Positions 60,361 through 64,000 of a DNA stretch of 64,000 nucleotides are shown one piece after another. The position numbers were made by a program, and so were the translations under genes. Source of the stretch: Centroscyllium fabricii (taxonomy: Eukaryota); assembly GCA_051313645.2 (NCBI GenBank), contig JBNRSN020000024.1, forward strand, positions 54,870,001 through 54,934,000, in the 5' to 3' direction. Position 1 is the stretch's first letter. Every line of letters begins with the position of its first letter. The notes under the pieces are model-generated. The model was not told where the DNA came from, ran no database searches, and saw only the letters and a list, made by a program, of their open reading frames with translations.

Positions 60361-61350
60361 CTAGCATGAAATGGTTTAGAGCCATTTGCCAGTCCATTGG
60401 TGTCATTATACAGGTGTACTACTTCAGCCCTCAGAGAATATGCTTAAGTGCAAATTTTTAATTTTTATGATGCTTTGTACCTCATTTTAGATTTTAAATC
60501 TTTTGAGGAATTAGTGTTGAAACATTAACATCAAAAGTGTAACTTTGTAGCTTGTGAGGAATATTTTTATCGCAAATATCTTTAGGGGAGTTTAAACTCC
60601 TGGGCAGTCGGACAGGCCATCCGGGCTGTGCAAGCGAGCGTCCAAAGGCAGCCTGCCAGGTTTGGGCTGGGCCAAGGTAAATCATTGAGGGGAGTTCGGC
60701 GGGTTTCAGGAATGCGGTGGGGTGGTGGGGAGTGCGGGGGTGGGGAGGAGTCTGGGGTGGCGGCAGCCCAGACTATTTTTGCAAGATCTGGAGGAACACT
60801 TCTAGCTCTGCATAAGTAGTTTTGTTTTTACTCAGCTTGGAGAGTCTCCGCTTCTACTGAGCAGAGCATTCACACTCAGCTGGCTGTAAAACTGGCTTTA
60901 CCTAAGTAATAGGACCCCGCTTAGCATACATTCACGAGTCTCCCACCTCAGCTGTCTGGCTTTAAGATGTGGAGGTGCCGGTGTTGGACTGGGGTGGACA
61001 AATGCAAGAAGTCACACTCTATGTTTCTATGTTTCTATGTAACACCAGGTTACAGTCCAACAGTTTTATTTGAAATCTCAAATAAAACTGTTGAACTATA
61101 ACCTGGTGTTGTGTGAGTTCTTGCATTTGGCTTTAAGATGGCTGCAGCCAGAAAAATGAATGGTAAGTGGACCATTTCGATTTTATCTCCCGTGCCGTCT
61201 GGTTTCTACCGGGCTGAGGAAGTTCAAATCACCCTCTTGTATTTCTTTCTTTTGTTCTTCCTTTCTCGATTTCTGTCTGCTTTTTATTTCTGCTCGATCC
61301 TTGGAGCTCGTTACATCAACCTGGATATCAGGCAGGTAAAGGCACACTTT

Positions 61351-62194
61351 GGGGGGTATTTTCATGTCCCCGTGAGGCGGGGTTTGGGCGGCCCGGCCAG
61401 AAAAATAGCAGAACCGGCGGATCCCGCCACCCCCCCTACCCCCCGCCAGATCCCTGCCGCTTTCTCATTTTTGCCCGCCCAGATTCCCCGCCCCAAAACC
61501 TTCCCACCGCCGACCGGTGGGGATGGGTTGTCACCTCGTTAAGCGCCCTTAATTGGCATCTTTAATGCCATTTTAAGGGCCCTCAGCCATTTTGCCCTGT
61601 TTTCCGCCCTAACCCCGTCACCTTAAACCCCGCTGGGTGAAACCCAGTGGGAGCACAGCGCTGGTTATTACTGTTGGACTATAACCTGGTGTTGTGTGAC
61701 TCCTTGAATTTATTACTTTCTCCTTTAAGGTGTGAAGGACATGCTGCCAAATGCTTGGAATGCCTCCAGCACCTTAGAGGAGATAGTAACTCCATTCTGG
61801 CTTCAGCATCAGCTGTGAACAGAAACTGAGCAATCTCAGTTCTCACCATGTCCTCACAGCCGGTGCCGAGCTGTGAGGGATTCTGAGCCCGCCCGCCCAC
61901 CTGTCAGTCACCAGCACTTGCCCTTTCCCATTGGCTCAACTCCACTGTGATGTCACAGTGGAGTGTTTCCATGGGAACTGACAACAACCAGTGCTGGAAC
62001 TGTCAATCAAAGCGCTCGCAGCTCCGCTGCAGCCTGACTCGATTGACCTAATTATTTCCCGCTCCCGCCGACGGGGTTTTAACAACCTCATTAAACTAAA
62101 ATTGCGTGGCCTTCCCAGCTGTTTGGGCGGGCGGGGCCGGAAGCCACCCAGACCAATCCCCGCCAGGTTCCCGCCCTTCTGCCAAAGTCCCCCC
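61351..62194. mobile_element. Non-autonomous TIR element with a promoter-like cassette
   Basis: GGGGGGTATTTT / AAAGTCCCCCC termini. Inverted relative to 17125-18599. Confidence 0.5.
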
Positions 62195-63357
62195 ACTTTG
62201 GTTCGTAGGGCTTGTGAGGTTTATTCATGGGAGTAGTCTGTGACAGTGAACCCAAGGAGAATATCTACCACTGAAACTCCACAATGTAAAGCCTATCAAC
62301 AATTGAAACAATTTATCTGAACTAGGAATGAGCCTGCATATGAAATAAAGACTTGCATTTAAATAGCGCCTTTCACAACCTCAGGACGTCCCAAGATGCT
62401 TTACAGCCAATGTAGCACCTTTGAAGTGTAGCCACTGTTGGAATGTAGGAAACACGGCAGCCAATTGGTACACAGCAAGATGCCACAACCAGCAACAAAA
62501 TAAATGACCAGATTACTTGTGTTAGGAATTGATTGAGGCATAAATTTTGGCCAGGACACTGGGAGAACTGCCCCTGATCTTCTTCGAATTGTGCTGAGGA
62601 ATCTTTTCCGTTCACCTGAGAGGGCAGGCGAGGCCTCGGTTGAACATCTCATCCAAAAGACGGCACCTCCAACAGTGTAGGGCTCCCTCAGTACTGCACT
62701 GAGATGTCAGCTTCGATTATGTGCTCACGTCTCCGGAGTGGGACTTTCTGACTCAGGTATGTCAAGGCGTCAAACAGAGACCTCATTATAAGTATATTTC
62801 TCCTGTTTCTCTGAAAACTTTAGCATGATTAATTCATATTCCGTACTACTTACATTCTTCTTTATTCTCAGTCAGTTTCCTCTTTCATTTCCAGTTTTTA
62901 ACAGAGGAGGGAAGAATTCCTATTGTCACCATTTGCGAAGATTTCCTCTTTTTGGTATTTCCCGTGATATTGTAAAAACATCATAAACGAAACCCAGAGT
63001 TAAACTGTTTATTTTAAGTGGGTTAGCACCTCTGAGAAAATAGTGAGCAAAGGAAAATAGCGAGCAAAGGAAATTCATACGGATGTGTTAATGAACGCTC
63101 ATTTTGCAAAGTACAATTTAACCCCTTAGAAAAAATATATATTTTTGTACATTTAGAGTTAATTTTCTGCCTTTGTGTTCTCTCAGGGAGCCTTGCCCGA
63201 CAGGAGCACGTATCAAATATTTCTGCTGTGCAAATGCTCTGAGCTTAATTTCTGAAATGCGCTTCAGTAGACGAGACTCCCAATCATTAACACAAAGTCA
63301 GTAAATTAGTCCTTTTAACACTTCTCTCCTTCATTTTCCACTTCAATTTTTCTCTTA

Positions 63358-63975
63358 GATACATAGATACATAGAAGATAGGAGCAGGAGTAGGCCATTC
63401 AGCCCCACGAGCCTGCTCCGCCATTCGATGAGATCATGGCTGATCATCCAAACTCAGTACCCCGCCCCTGCCTTCTCCCCATATCCCTTGATACATTTAG
63501 CTCTAAGATCTATATCAAACTCCTTCTTGAATATATTTAATGACTTGGCCTCAACTGCATTCTGTGGTAGAGAATTCCACAGGTTCACCACTCTCTGGGT
63601 GAAGAAATTCTTCCTCATCTCTGTCCTAAATGGCTTATCCCTTATCCTTAGACTGTGACCTCTGGTTCTGGACTCCCCCACCATCGGGAACATTCTTCCT
63701 GCATCTAGTTTGTCCAGACCGGTCAGAATTTTATACGTTTCGATGAGATCCCCTCTCATTCTTCTAAACTCCAGCGAGTATAAGCCTAATCGGCTCAATC
63801 TCTCCTCATACATTATTCCTGCCATCCCATGTATCAGCCTGGTGAATCTTTGCTGAACTCCTTCCATGGCAAGAACATCCTTCCTCAGATAAGGCGACCA
63901 AAACTGCACACAGCACTCAAGGTGTGGTCTCACCAAGGCCCTGTACAACTGCAGCAGGACATCTTTGTACTTTGT
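63358..63975 (-). mobile_element. CR1 LINE 3' fragment
   Basis: YRALVRPHLECCVQFWSPYLRKD...RVVNLWNSLP plus 3' tail. Confidence 0.93.
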
Positions 63976-64000
63976 CCCGTGTGTTTGGTCTTCAGATATT

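Overview
Repeat-dense vertebrate genomic DNA, almost certainly a cartilaginous fish. This is inferred from HE1/V-SINE-type and DeuSINE/SacSINE1-type SINEs, CR1 LINE 3' ends and Penelope-derived short repeats. No host protein-coding gene is recognisable, and there are three N gaps. The window holds six Ty3/Gypsy proviruses, at least eight solo LTRs, many PIF/Harbinger-type and Tc1/pogo-type non-autonomous TIR elements, CR1 fragments, and a local inverted duplication. Four Gypsy elements (900-6427, 27482-29962, 41590-44551, 53047-54310) are diverged members of one Mag-like lineage with three shared oddities. (1) They have no tRNA primer-binding site; the 13-14 nt at the PBS position are instead the reverse complement of each element's own LTR poly(A)-signal segment, with compensatory changes between families. 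(2) The RT catalytic motif is YLDN instead of YxDD in the three copies that retain RT. (3) An array of GCCAT(C/T)TT (YY1-like) motifs lies around the zinc knuckles and before the protease. Other notable items are a two-LTR element encoding only Gag-protease plus a coiled-coil/basic tail, a near-intact CsRn1-like element, and minimal hammerhead ribozyme motifs. All coordinates were read by eye and no database search was run.
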